Assembly: GCA_965198225.1 (NCBI GenBank)
Contig: CBDAOY010000008.1
Span: 864,001-928,000 of the forward strand
DNA length: 64,000 nucleotides
Source of the DNA: Terriglobia bacterium
GTDB taxonomy: Bacteria > Acidobacteriota > Terriglobia > 20CM-2-55-15
Direction of reading: 5' to 3'
Of the stretch, positions 30,336 to 39,484 are shown one piece after another (within the stretch, counting starts at the first letter, position 1; every line of letters starts with the position of its first letter). Position numbers and translations under genes: made by a program. Under the pieces are notes generated by a model. The model worked only from the letters and a program-made list of their open reading frames with translations, was not told the DNA's origin and made no database searches.

Positions 30336-31304
30336 CTAGAGCAACCTCGAGGACAACTCGAGGGCGGTTCGCAAGGCGGTTTCCATCCCATCCGCATCTG
30401 CGGTTCCGTGACCCGCGATCGCGAAAGCGGTGCCGTGATCGGGCGACGTTCGCACGTAGGGCAGGCCCAGCGTCACATTTGCAGCCTTGTGGTGGGCAAC
30501 CAGCTTGACGGGAATCAAGCCCTGGTCGTGGTAGGGGGCGACGACGACATCGAATTCACCTGCATGGGCTCTGGCATAGATACTGTCTGCCGGATACGGC
30601 CCGGAAACTTCGATCCCCTCAGCGCGACATTTCCGCGCTGCCGGACCCAGGATCTCTTGCTCTTCGGACCCGAACTGCCCATTCTCTCCAGCGTGCGGGT
30701 TGAGCGCGGCGAGCGCGATGCGCGGTGGTGGGTTCCCCATGCGTCCGAGCTCCGACGCGGTCAGTCGAATCAGATCCACGTACAGGGAGACGCTGAGCGC
30801 GCCAACGGCCTCGATGAGCGCCATGTGCCTCGTGGCAAGTACTACCTTGAGCGTCGGAGTGAAGAATGCCATCGCGAAAGCTTCGGCGCCGGCCCGTCTG
30901 GCGAGAAACTCCGTCTGGCCCAGGAAGTCACGCCCGATGCACTGCTTGCTGAGGGGGGCGGTCACCAGGGCGTCGATCCGTTTCTCCAGGGCTGCGTCAC
31001 TGGCGGCTTCCAGCGACGCCAGAGCGCGACTCCCGCTTTCGGGCGATCCCCGGCCCCACTCGGGTGGGGTCTCCTGTCCAGGCAGCGGAGATAATGTCAG
31101 TCCGGGGCCCGTCTCGACGGTGGAGGCATCGAAGGCGGTCCAATCGAGGGCGGTGCTGAAGCGTTGGTGGCTGCGTTCGAAGGCTGCGCGATCGGAAAAG
31201 AGGATCCAACTTGCCTCAGACAGGAGTGGCGGAAGGGCCTTCAGCGTTACCTCGAGGCCGATTCCCGCGGGGTCTCCCGCACTGATCCCAATGGTCGGTT
31301 TCAT
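30336..31304 (-). CDS. pdxA: 4-hydroxythreonine-4-phosphate dehydrogenase
   Basis: GDPAGIG, LNPHAGE, YHDQGL, RTSPDHGTAF. Confidence 0.93.
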   Translation of the reverse strand: MKPTIGISAGDPAGIGLEVTLKALPPLLSEASWILFSDRAAFERSHQRFSTALDWTAFDASTVETGPGLTLSPLPGQETPPEWGRGSPESGSRALASLEAASDAALEKRIDALVTAPLSKQCIGRDFLGQTEFLARRAGAEAFAMAFFTPTLKVVLATRHMALIEAVGALSVSLYVDLIRLTASELGRMGNPPPRIALAALNPHAGENGQFGSEEQEILGPAARKCRAEGIEVSGPYPADSIYARAHAGEFDVVVAPYHDQGLIPVKLVAHHKAANVTLGLPYVRTSPDHGTAFAIAGHGTADADGMETALRTALELSSRLL

Positions 31305-31312
31305 AGACGAGT

Positions 31313-31615
31313 CTAGTGGCCGTTCTCGTCTTCCTTGTACATGTACTTGATGTTGTGTTTAAGGACGAGCAAGTTGGGTCCCGATGTACGGTTGACCTTG
31401 ATGCAGTTCTTGTCGTACCACTCGATGACGCCGTGGAGCTGCTCGCCATCCTTGAGGACGAGCACCATCGGGGTCCTGTTCTGCATCTGCTTGACGTAGT
31501 AGAAATTTTCGGCGTTGGTTTGATCGGTTGGAGCCGCCTTCCTGCGGGTCTGTCGGACTGTCATCTCTTCTTTGAGGTCCGACAAACTGGGCCGAATCAA
31601 CTTCCTGTTTGACAT
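31313..31615 (-). CDS. hfq: Hfq-like RNA chaperone
   Basis: Sm fold pattern [15 protein letters not shown]...[10 protein letters not shown]. Confidence 0.75.
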   Translation of the reverse strand: MSNRKLIRPSLSDLKEEMTVRQTRRKAAPTDQTNAENFYYVKQMQNRTPMVLVLKDGEQLHGVIEWYDKNCIKVNRTSGPNLLVLKHNIKYMYKEDENGH

Positions 31616-31697
31616 TTCTTCCTCTCTGCAGAATCTCAGAAACTAAATATCGCCTTGCGTGTCACGCGTCGGGCGAGTCTATCCACGCAGAAGACCC

Positions 31698-32461
31698 GAG
31701 GTTCCGTCAATAAGTGTGTAAATAGACATCAGGCGGCTTTCTCCTCGGTGACTTGGTTGACTGGAACTCCATTGACATATTGGGCGCCTTGGTAGACATC
31801 CTTCATCAAGTGCGGAGCCTTCAAACGGCGAAATCTTTTCTCAGCGACCAGCAGCATCTTCCAGATGACAGCCCGTGCGTGGCAACATCTGCGGACTACC
31901 AATCCAGTGGAGTCTCCCTTCTCTGCTCTGCGACTGCGAACCGATGCCGCTCGAAGGTTCAAGAAAGTGGCCCCTCTTAAGGCCAGATCGAAATCCCCCT
32001 CGGCCAGACCATGCAAATAGAGTTCTGGAATCAAGTCTCGTACCTCTTGCGTCCGCTTGGCAAACAGCGGCAAGACCCGGCTCTCAAAACGCTCTTCCAG
32101 ATCCCGCACTCGGGGACGCCGCAGCTTGATCGTTCCGCAACTCAGCGTCAGTCGCCGCTCCTTACCGTAGCCGTTGCGATAGCCCCCGGGTGCGTCCACT
32201 TCTCGGCGACGCTCATTCTTTCTTCGTCCCAGCAGCTGTGTCACTTCATCCTCCAACAGTTCCTGTACGTAAAACTGGATCTGCTCTCGCACCCACTCTT
32301 CCAGCTGTTCAAAGCAGACTCTTGACTCCACACTTCGATCAATGTTCTTCTTGCTCATGGCGGTGTGACTCCTTCCTTTCGGGCTCTTCCGCCCGGGTTT
32401 TTATTTCACCCGGAAGGATAATCACCGCCTATGCTATTTACACACCTTTTGAGGGTAGCTC
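31698..32461 (-). mobile_element. Internally deleted and rearranged IS256-family element
   Basis: 28-bp imperfect TIRs (GAG..GTGTGTAAATAG) and 8-bp target duplication GAAGACCC at 31690-31697 and 32462-32469; only 764 bp long. Confidence 0.9.
31729..32358 (-). pseudogene. IS256 transposase remnant
   Basis: YRNGY, RPRVRD, YLHGL N-terminus joined to the C-terminus; central DDE region missing; one segment inverted. Confidence 0.85.
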
Positions 32462-32601
32462 GAAGACCCCGCTCACGAATGCCGCGGGAGTTCGTTCGAC
32501 TCCGAATCCAAGATGCTAGGTCAGACGGTTTTCGCTGCTAGTTATTCTGGATTTAGAAAACACCGAGGTGTGTGTTCCGCGTTAATTAACCCCATTTTAG
32601 C

Positions 32602-33618
32602 TCAAATCCAGGGATTCTTACTCAGTATTTTGGCGGTCGTTTCGTTGAGAGTGAGGGCGAGAACGTCGGCCATTAGCTGTTTGTTCAGGTAGTACTTCAG
32701 GTTCGCCTCGATGAACTTGAGACAATCCGCGATCTGTATCAAACGGTCGATCGTAACCCGGGATGCCGACTCCCGGAGTCGGACCTCTATGTCGACGTTC
32801 ACAAGGCGGTCGTCGAGTCCTTCCGAGAGAAAGATCAAGTCTGAGACGAGGACCCCCAGAATGCGCAGGCGCTCCTTGTAATCCTCTTTCGCACGACCCA
32901 GTTCAGCACTGAGGGTCAGCAGACCGGCAAGTTCTGCCTCCCGAGCGGTCATCGCCGTCTCCAGAAACTCCAGCATCGCCGTTCGGCTTTCTCGGAGCGA
33001 GTCCGCATCGGTTCGAAGGGCGCGGCCGATGCTGCCCTGGGACCAGCGGACGACGAGTTCATCCTCGACGCCGCATCGACGAATCTCATCCAGCGTAAGG
33101 GGGGAGAAGTGATAGATCTGACTTCGGGACCGGATCGTCGGCAGCAGATCGTGCGCATTCTGGGTAATCAGGATGAAGTAGGTTCGCGGCGGAGGCTCTT
33201 CCAGCGCTTTCAGAAGGGCATTCGAGGCTCCGGGGCCCATCCGCTCCGCCGGGTCGATCAGGAAGAGTTTCGCCGCCCCTTCCAATGGCTCCAGGTTCAA
33301 CATCGGCAGGAGATTACGCACCTGTTCGATCTTGATCTGACTCGCATCGGCCGCGACGCTGATCGCAAACACGTCGGGGTGCGACCCGGCATCGACCTTG
33401 TGGCACGGCCGACAACGGCCACACGGAGCGACGCCCCCCTCTTCGCAGTTCAGCATTCTGGCGATGCGCAGAGCGCAAGTTCGTTTGCCGATTCCTTCCG
33501 GTCCGGAAAATATCATCGCGTGGGGCAGCCTCCCCGCCTCGAGCTTGGCCTCAAGACGATCGAGGACGTTGGCGTTGCCTACGAAGCCGAGACCTGTCCC
33601 GGGCGGAAGATCAGGCAT
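32602..33618 (-). CDS. holB: DNA polymerase III delta' subunit
   Basis: GPEGIGK, CGRCRPC, HPD, NALLKALEEPP, LPTIRSR. Confidence 0.92.
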   Translation of the reverse strand: MPDLPPGTGLGFVGNANVLDRLEAKLEAGRLPHAMIFSGPEGIGKRTCALRIARMLNCEEGGVAPCGRCRPCHKVDAGSHPDVFAISVAADASQIKIEQVRNLLPMLNLEPLEGAAKLFLIDPAERMGPGASNALLKALEEPPPRTYFILITQNAHDLLPTIRSRSQIYHFSPLTLDEIRRCGVEDELVVRWSQGSIGRALRTDADSLRESRTAMLEFLETAMTAREAELAGLLTLSAELGRAKEDYKERLRILGVLVSDLIFLSEGLDDRLVNVDIEVRLRESASRVTIDRLIQIADCLKFIEANLKYYLNKQLMADVLALTLNETTAKILSKNPWI

Positions 33619-34252
33619 TGGAGTCGAGCTCCAGCAGTCTCGCGATATCGTCGGCGACCTCTTCGATGGAACCGCCGGCCGGTATCACCCGGATTCGATC
33701 AGGATTTCGTTCGGCCAACTCCAGGTATCCCTGTCGAATACGGCCGTAAAAGGAGAGATCTTCACCTTCGAATCGTCCTTCGTCCTCAACCTGGCCGCTG
33801 TTCCGGGCACGAGCCCGCGTCAAGCCGGTCTCAGGATCGACGTCGAGCAGGATGGTTACATCAGGTCGATACTCGGCACACACCAGATCGGTCAGCTTCT
33901 CGATGAATTCCAACGGAAGCCCACGACCGTATCCCTGGTAGGCCATCGACGCGTCGTAGTATCGGTCGCAGATGACCATCTCGCCCCGCTTCAGGGCAGG
34001 CACGATCTTCTCGTGGATGTTCTGGCTGCGCGACGCATAGAAGAGCAGGAGCTCGGCCGCCGCAGTGAGGCTGATCGTTTCGGAATTCAGGAGAATCTTG
34101 CGGATACCTTCGCCGACAGCCGTTCCTCCCGGCTCCCGGGTGACGGTGTGAGGGAGGGATCGTTCATCCAGCAGGGCTGAAAGCTTCAAGATCTGTGTCG
34201 TCTTGCCACAGCCCTCAATCCCCTCAAAGCTGACGAACAGACCCGGCCTCAT
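33611..34252 (-). CDS. tmk: Thymidylate kinase
   Basis: FEGIEGCGKTTQ, REPGGT, DRYYDAS.AYQG. Confidence 0.95.
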   Translation of the reverse strand: MRPGLFVSFEGIEGCGKTTQILKLSALLDERSLPHTVTREPGGTAVGEGIRKILLNSETISLTAAAELLLFYASRSQNIHEKIVPALKRGEMVICDRYYDASMAYQGYGRGLPLEFIEKLTDLVCAEYRPDVTILLDVDPETGLTRARARNSGQVEDEGRFEGEDLSFYGRIRQGYLELAERNPDRIRVIPAGGSIEEVADDIARLLELDSNA

Positions 34253-35414
34253 AGGCCGGGTATTGTACCAGAACCTCGGCGGTCTCCAGGGCGCGCTGGA
34301 ACTCCTCAGACACATCCAGTCTCTGCTCTACATCCTCTATTTTATTGAGGTTAGCGCGAGTTTCAGGATGCTTCGGGACGAACATCGAGCAGCAATCCTG
34401 ATCGGGAAGAATCGAAATCTCATAGCTGCCGATCCGGCGTCCGACGGAAACGATTTCCTCCTTGTCCGTGCCCACGAGAGGCCGCAGGACCGGCATGGCC
34501 ACCGCTCGGGTAATGACGTCAATGTTTTCCAGCGTTTGCGAGGCCACCTGACCCAGACTGTCTCCCGTCACAAGAACTCGCGCTTTCTCCCTGAAGGCGA
34601 TCTTCTCGGCCAGGCGCATCATGTAGCGCCGGTACAGGATCACGCGGGTTTCCAACGGCGTTTCGACCATGATCTTCCTCTGGATATCCGCAAAGGGAAC
34701 CAGATAAATGCGGGATCGCAGTTGGTTGTGTGCCAGGAGCGTCGCAACCTGCTTCGCCTTTTCCTGCGATTCTTTGTTCGTGTACGGAAAACTGTGAAAG
34801 TGGACGAACGTGGCGGTGCATCCGCGCCGAATCATCTTCCACGCGGCGACAGGGGAATCGATTCCTCCAGAGAGGAGGACGACGATCTTGCCGCCGGTGT
34901 GCGCCGGCAACCCTCCCGGACCTTCGAGCCTGTCGAAGAAAATCAAGGCCCGTCCCTCGACCAGCTCGATGCGGCAACAGAGTTCGGCATTCTCCAGATC
35001 GACCCTGGCTCGGGAACGATCGTTGACGTAGGCGCCTACCGCCTGGTTGACTTCCATCGAGTTCATCCCGAAGCGCTTGTCCGAACGACGAGTGTCGATG
35101 CGGAAGGATGCGAAAGAGATCGGCTCCAACAGCCGCCAGACAGACCGGCACAGAACGCCGATCTCCCAATCCACCGACCAGGCCTCGGCGTAGTAGGCGA
35201 TTCCGACAACCTTCCGAAGTCGGCGTTTGACCTCGGAAGCGTCGATGTCGCCCTCGAGTTCGAGAAGGAACCGGCCAGAGATTCGACGAACCCGCGCCAC
35301 GCCGCATCCTTCCAGAGTGGCGTCGACATTACGACAGAGGCGTTTCTCGAAGTAGTCGCGGTTACCCTTTTTGAGCCCCAGTTCACTGTAATGAATGACG
35401 ATGAGGCGACGCAT
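34224..35414 (-). CDS. thiI: tRNA 4-thiouridine synthase ThiI
   Basis: ELGLKKGNR, THUMP domain, SGGIDSPVA, GQVASQT, DCC. Confidence 0.93.
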   Translation of the reverse strand: MRRLIVIHYSELGLKKGNRDYFEKRLCRNVDATLEGCGVARVRRISGRFLLELEGDIDASEVKRRLRKVVGIAYYAEAWSVDWEIGVLCRSVWRLLEPISFASFRIDTRRSDKRFGMNSMEVNQAVGAYVNDRSRARVDLENAELCCRIELVEGRALIFFDRLEGPGGLPAHTGGKIVVLLSGGIDSPVAAWKMIRRGCTATFVHFHSFPYTNKESQEKAKQVATLLAHNQLRSRIYLVPFADIQRKIMVETPLETRVILYRRYMMRLAEKIAFREKARVLVTGDSLGQVASQTLENIDVITRAVAMPVLRPLVGTDKEEIVSVGRRIGSYEISILPDQDCCSMFVPKHPETRANLNKIEDVEQRLDVSEEFQRALETAEVLVQYPAYEAGSVRQL

Positions 35415-35555
35415 TACTGGAGAATTATGCACCAAATGTGGTAAGAAAGTTAATCAGCGTACGTGCATATGGGGGTTTGCGCTGAAGATCTGAGGTAGGT
35501 CCTCCCGTCCCCCTTCCAATCCCAGGCGCGTGCACAAGGAGAGGTCCCAAACGCC

Positions 35556-36419
35556 ATGAGAGCCATCTGGAAGGGTAACATCAGCTTTGCGCTGGTGACG
35601 ATCCCCATTTCGATCTTCAGTGCCACACGTTCGAGCGACGTTTCGTTCAAGTACCTGCACAAGAAGGATCTCAGCAAGGTCTCCTACAAACGATTCTGTG
35701 AGGCGGAGGACAAGGAAGTCGCCTGGGAGGAGATCACGCGGGGATACGAGTACGAGAAGGGTCGCTTCGTCGAGATTAGTGACGAAGAGCTGAAGCAGGT
35801 CAACGTTGAACTCACACGAACGATCCAGATCATCGAGTTCGTCGATGAAAAAGAGATCGATCCCCTGTATTTCGACAAGCCGTATTATCTGGAGCCCCAG
35901 AAGGGGGGGGAACGGGCGTACGCTCTAATGCGGGACGCACTCGCCAGGGCGGGGAAGATCGGTGTGGCCCGCGTGGTCCTCAAGTCAAAGGAGCACCTGG
36001 CCGCCGTCAAGCCCGTCGGCAAGATGATCACGATGCAGACGATGCGTTTCGCGCACGAGATCGTCGACACGTCTGAATTGAACCTGCCGGACGTCAAAAA
36101 TGTGTCCAAGAAAGAGATGTCTCTGGCGAATACTCTGATCGACACGATGTGCGACACCTTCGACCCGGAGAAATACAAGGACGAATACCGGGGCCAGTTG
36201 CTGGACATCATTCAGAAGAAGGTCGACGGCGTCGCGCCGGCAGTCGCGGTGACGACGCGCCGGACCCCCGGGAAAGTGGTCGATCTGATGGAAGTGTTGA
36301 AGCAGAGCCTGGAGGAAAAGAAGAAAGCTCCACGACGCTCGGCGAAAGAGAAAACTGTCGCGGCGCGTGCCCGGACCGGCCGCACAAAGACCAAAGCGAA
36401 AGCCAAGTCGAAGAAGTGA
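35556..36419 (+). CDS. ku: NHEJ protein Ku
   Basis: MRAIWKGNISFALV, GYEYEKG, YFDKPYYL, VVDLMEVLKQSL, basic tail. Confidence 0.95.
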   Translation: MRAIWKGNISFALVTIPISIFSATRSSDVSFKYLHKKDLSKVSYKRFCEAEDKEVAWEEITRGYEYEKGRFVEISDEELKQVNVELTRTIQIIEFVDEKEIDPLYFDKPYYLEPQKGGERAYALMRDALARAGKIGVARVVLKSKEHLAAVKPVGKMITMQTMRFAHEIVDTSELNLPDVKNVSKKEMSLANTLIDTMCDTFDPEKYKDEYRGQLLDIIQKKVDGVAPAVAVTTRRTPGKVVDLMEVLKQSLEEKKKAPRRSAKEKTVAARARTGRTKTKAKAKSKK

Positions 36420-37075
36420 GTCAGGTTCGAGAGAATTACCGACGCCTCCTCGATCGGATCGGGGAGGCGTCGCTGCGTTCAGGAAGGAAACCGGAAGCCG
36501 TTCGCCTGATCGGAGTAAGTAAACGGGTGACCGTCGAGCGAGTTCGCGAGGCGGTCGAAGCGGGTTTGACGAACATCGGTGAGAATCGCGTTCAGGAGGC
36601 CCAGGAAAAATTTTCGCTCATGTCGGATCTCTCCGTCACCCGACACCTTATCGGCCATCTTCAATCCAACAAAGCCAGGAGCGCCCTACAGCTGTTCAGC
36701 TGGATCCAGTCTCTCGACAGCAGGTCGCTTGCCCGACGCCTCGATCGGCTGGCACCGGAGCCAACACCTGTCCTGATCCAGGTCAAGCTTGCTTCCGAGA
36801 ACACCAAGGCGGGCGCTGAAGAGTCCGATCTGGCGGGCCTTGTCGAGACCGTTCGTTCAGCGGAGAATCTCCAACTGCGGGGTTTGATGGCGATTCCGCC
36901 TTTCTTCCCCGATGGCGAGCAGATGCGGCCGTATTTTGCCCGGCTGCGAGGCCTAGCCGAGCGATACGGCGTGGTTGAAATCTCGATGGGCATGAGCCAC
37001 GATTTCGAGATCGCCATCGAAGAAGGTGCGACCATGGTTCGTGTCGGCACGGCGCTTTTCGGAGAGCGGGCGTGA
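36416..37075 (+). CDS. yggS: PLP homeostasis protein YggS
   Basis: VSK, GENRVQE, IGHLQSNK, SMGMS.D, GATMVRVG. Confidence 0.93.
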   Translation: MSQVRENYRRLLDRIGEASLRSGRKPEAVRLIGVSKRVTVERVREAVEAGLTNIGENRVQEAQEKFSLMSDLSVTRHLIGHLQSNKARSALQLFSWIQSLDSRSLARRLDRLAPEPTPVLIQVKLASENTKAGAEESDLAGLVETVRSAENLQLRGLMAIPPFFPDGEQMRPYFARLRGLAERYGVVEISMGMSHDFEIAIEEGATMVRVGTALFGERA

Positions 37076-37350
37076 GACTCCTCGTTCGGGTGATTCCGAA
37101 CGCCCCGAAGACCGCGATCACAGGGACGCGGGGAGGCGAGATGGTCTTGCGGGTCAACGCCCCGGCCTCCGGCGGCAAAGCGAATCGGGCGGCAAGCCGG
37201 TTTCTCGCCCGCATGCTCGGGGTCTCTGCGTCTTCGATCCATCTGGTTTCGGGAGAAAAGAGTAGACACAAAAAATTCGAGATTGTAGGCTTGGAACCCG
37301 GCGAAATCAGGGAGAAACTCACCGATCTCCTCGGCTCGAATCCCTTGTAG
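37072..37350 (+). CDS. DUF167 (YggU-like) protein
   Basis: VRVIPNA, APASGGKAN, SGEKSRHK. Confidence 0.85.
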   Translation: MRLLVRVIPNAPKTAITGTRGGEMVLRVNAPASGGKANRAASRFLARMLGVSASSIHLVSGEKSRHKKFEIVGLEPGEIREKLTDLLGSNPL

Positions 37351-37362
37351 ATAAAGCAGTTA

Positions 37363-37803
37363 ATGGCAAACGAACCACCACCCAAGGCCGAACCCCCTGC
37401 ACCGGTAGAACCCCCGACGCCTCGAAAGCCGATGAATCTGGCGCCCACGCTGGCGATCTGCGCCTCGGGGTGGCTGTTGCCGGGGATCGGACACATCGTC
37501 CTGCGTCGCTGGGCCCGGGGCACGCTCTTCATGCTGGCCGTGATGGTGATGTTCGCTCTTGGCGTCGCGATGCAGGGGAAACTCTACGACCCCACCCCGG
37601 AACAACCCCTCCACATCTTCGCTTTCATCGCGAACCTGGGGGTCGGCATGCCTTACATCGTCGCTCAACGCCTCGGCTACGGAGCGGGCTTGATTTCTGC
37701 TCCGAGCTACGATTATGGAAGCACCTACCTTTGGGTGTCGGGCCTGCTCAACTACCTCATCGTGCTCGACGTGTTCGACGTGGCCCGGGGGCGGAAGCCA
37801 TGA
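37363..37803 (+). CDS. Membrane protein (DUF6677-like)
   Basis: WLLPGIGH, YDYG..Y.WVSGLLN.LIVLD. Confidence 0.7.
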   Translation: MANEPPPKAEPPAPVEPPTPRKPMNLAPTLAICASGWLLPGIGHIVLRRWARGTLFMLAVMVMFALGVAMQGKLYDPTPEQPLHIFAFIANLGVGMPYIVAQRLGYGAGLISAPSYDYGSTYLWVSGLLNYLIVLDVFDVARGRKP

Positions 37804-37976
37804 ACCTCTCGCACTTCGAGGCGCTGTTCATCTTTGCGTTGATCGTCTCGGTTGTCTTCGCTCTGATCAACAAGACGACTCCGATCGAGCAGCTCAAATA
37901 CGGGGCGCTGGTATTCCTTTCCTTCGTCGGTGTCGGTTTCTTCGTCGGCTGGTTTATGTTTCCCTTTCCATTCTGA
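37800..37976 (+). CDS. Small membrane protein
   Basis: ATGA overlap with upstream gene; two TM helices; SHFEA...WFMFPFP. Confidence 0.65.
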   Translation: MNLSHFEALFIFALIVSVVFALINKTTPIEQLKYGALVFLSFVGVGFFVGWFMFPFPF

Positions 37977-38216
37977 GCGGTGGTTCGATGAGCAAGTGTT
38001 TACTGTCATACACCGCCCTGTACGGGTTAGATGAATCGGTGGGTCCTGCAGAAGTCCGCGCCGCGTCAATTCCGATCAACGCTAGGGATTTATTCGGGAC
38101 TTGAGAATCATTTTCGAGGCTGTTCAGGTAAAGAAACTCGCGTATCGCGGTAGGAATGCCAGTCTCCCGGCACCACCCGCGCAGATCCGGACGTGCGGAA
38201 TTCCCGCATCCGGCTC

Positions 38217-38386
38217 CTACCTCGGATGGTTGGCGGCAAAGCGGCGATCCGGATAAGGATGTAAGACACGGGGTTCAGGAATCCAGCGGTCTGAGATCCG
38301 GAGCATCCGAGTCCACGTCACGTGCCCGCGCTGGCTACGACGATACAAGTTCAATCGCTCCGCACAGCGCTCAGTCCCTGAGACAC
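38217..38386 (-). pseudogene. RT/maturase remnant of intron A
   Basis: N-terminal VSQGLSAVR followed directly by C-terminal RRSQRGHVTWTRMLRISDRWIPEPRVLHPYP..HPR; whole RT core deleted. Confidence 0.75.
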
Positions 38387-38507
38387 GAATATCTCCTGCT
38401 CTGTGTCGGGCTCGTGTGAGACCCGAGCGATGTTCTCCTTGGTCCGCGTCCTTCCCTCCCCAATCTCCGCCGAGTACGGGTCCTCTTTGTTCGGCTGGTT
38501 CACAGGT

Positions 38508-39484
38508 GTAGAGTCGAAAGTGGTCGGGCCGCAATCGGCCCTTCCACCGTCCGCTCAATCAAACGGCTCGTGCGGTTTTCCCGCAAGCCGCTTTCCTCAG
38601 TTGCTCCTCGTTCGGAATTCGCTGTGTGACCGGGGGCGGCAGGTGGCGGCTTCGTTCGTACCGCGTTTGGGTCTTTCGCTAAGGGAACTATCCAAGTTCA
38701 CGATATCTCCGCGTTTCCCATCGCTCGCACATTCACGACTGAGTACGGGGACTTCCCCCTCCAACGGGCCTTTTGGACCCGCCAGCGCCGCTGCTCGAAG
38801 CAACGATCCGAGACCTTATGTTTGCCGTCTCGTTCCTGAGTACTATTCCCCGATCCGATTCCTGAGCACCGCGTCGGCCGGAATTTCGCTCTCGCTTATA
38901 TCCGCACCTACCGCGCCAGGGCTCTAGGTCGATGTTTGTCTTCTCGGTTGCCCGCCCTTTCGTCTGCACCTACCGCGCAGGGCTCTAGGTCGATGTTTGT
39001 CTTCTCGGTTGCCCGCCCTTTCGTCTGCGGGTGCCACATCATCTCGACCTTACCTTCCGCCCGGACGATACCAGGCCTCCCTGGGTCACTCGCGTCTCTT
39101 CTCCACCGTGTCGCCCGCACACACCTTGGTGCGATGGGGTGGAACCAAATGCGCCTTCGCCCCCATAGTGCGGGCTCGACCATTCCCCATCTTTGGCCGA
39201 CCGGTTCATCCTCGGGATCGCTCCCTTCGATTACGACCCGGTGGTTCTCCTCATGCCCTTCAGACCCCACCTCGCGGTGGGCGCCCTGCCCTCCAAAGTT
39301 TCCGTAGGTGGCTCCAGCTCTGCCTTGTCCGTTTCCGGCTTTCGCCTTCGTGCCCGTTTAGGCATCTGCCATACCTGCCTACACTCCGGCCAGTGAGGCA
39401 TTACCCCCACTTGTTGGATATCGACCCGTGGCCTCGGGCCGAGCGGGACTTTAACCCGCCGGAAACGCGTGCTGCCAGGCACGC
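38508..39484 (-). mobile_element. Group II intron B, ORF-less, nested in intron A
   Basis: 5' GCGTGCCTGGCAGC; DV AAGCGGCTTGCGGGAAAACCGCACGAGCCGTTT; ends CGACTCTAC; EBS1 ACTATG (39164-39169) complementary to 5' exon CATAGT; removing it restores CATAGT|ACCTGTGAA. Confidence 0.82.
38904..39026. repeat. Tandem duplication of about 62 bp inside intron B
   Basis: 38904-38965 and 38966-39026 are identical except for one C indel. Confidence 0.9.

Noticed and set aside
38904-39026. Possible CRISPR array
   Set aside because: Two adjacent copies without spacers; no cas genes in the window
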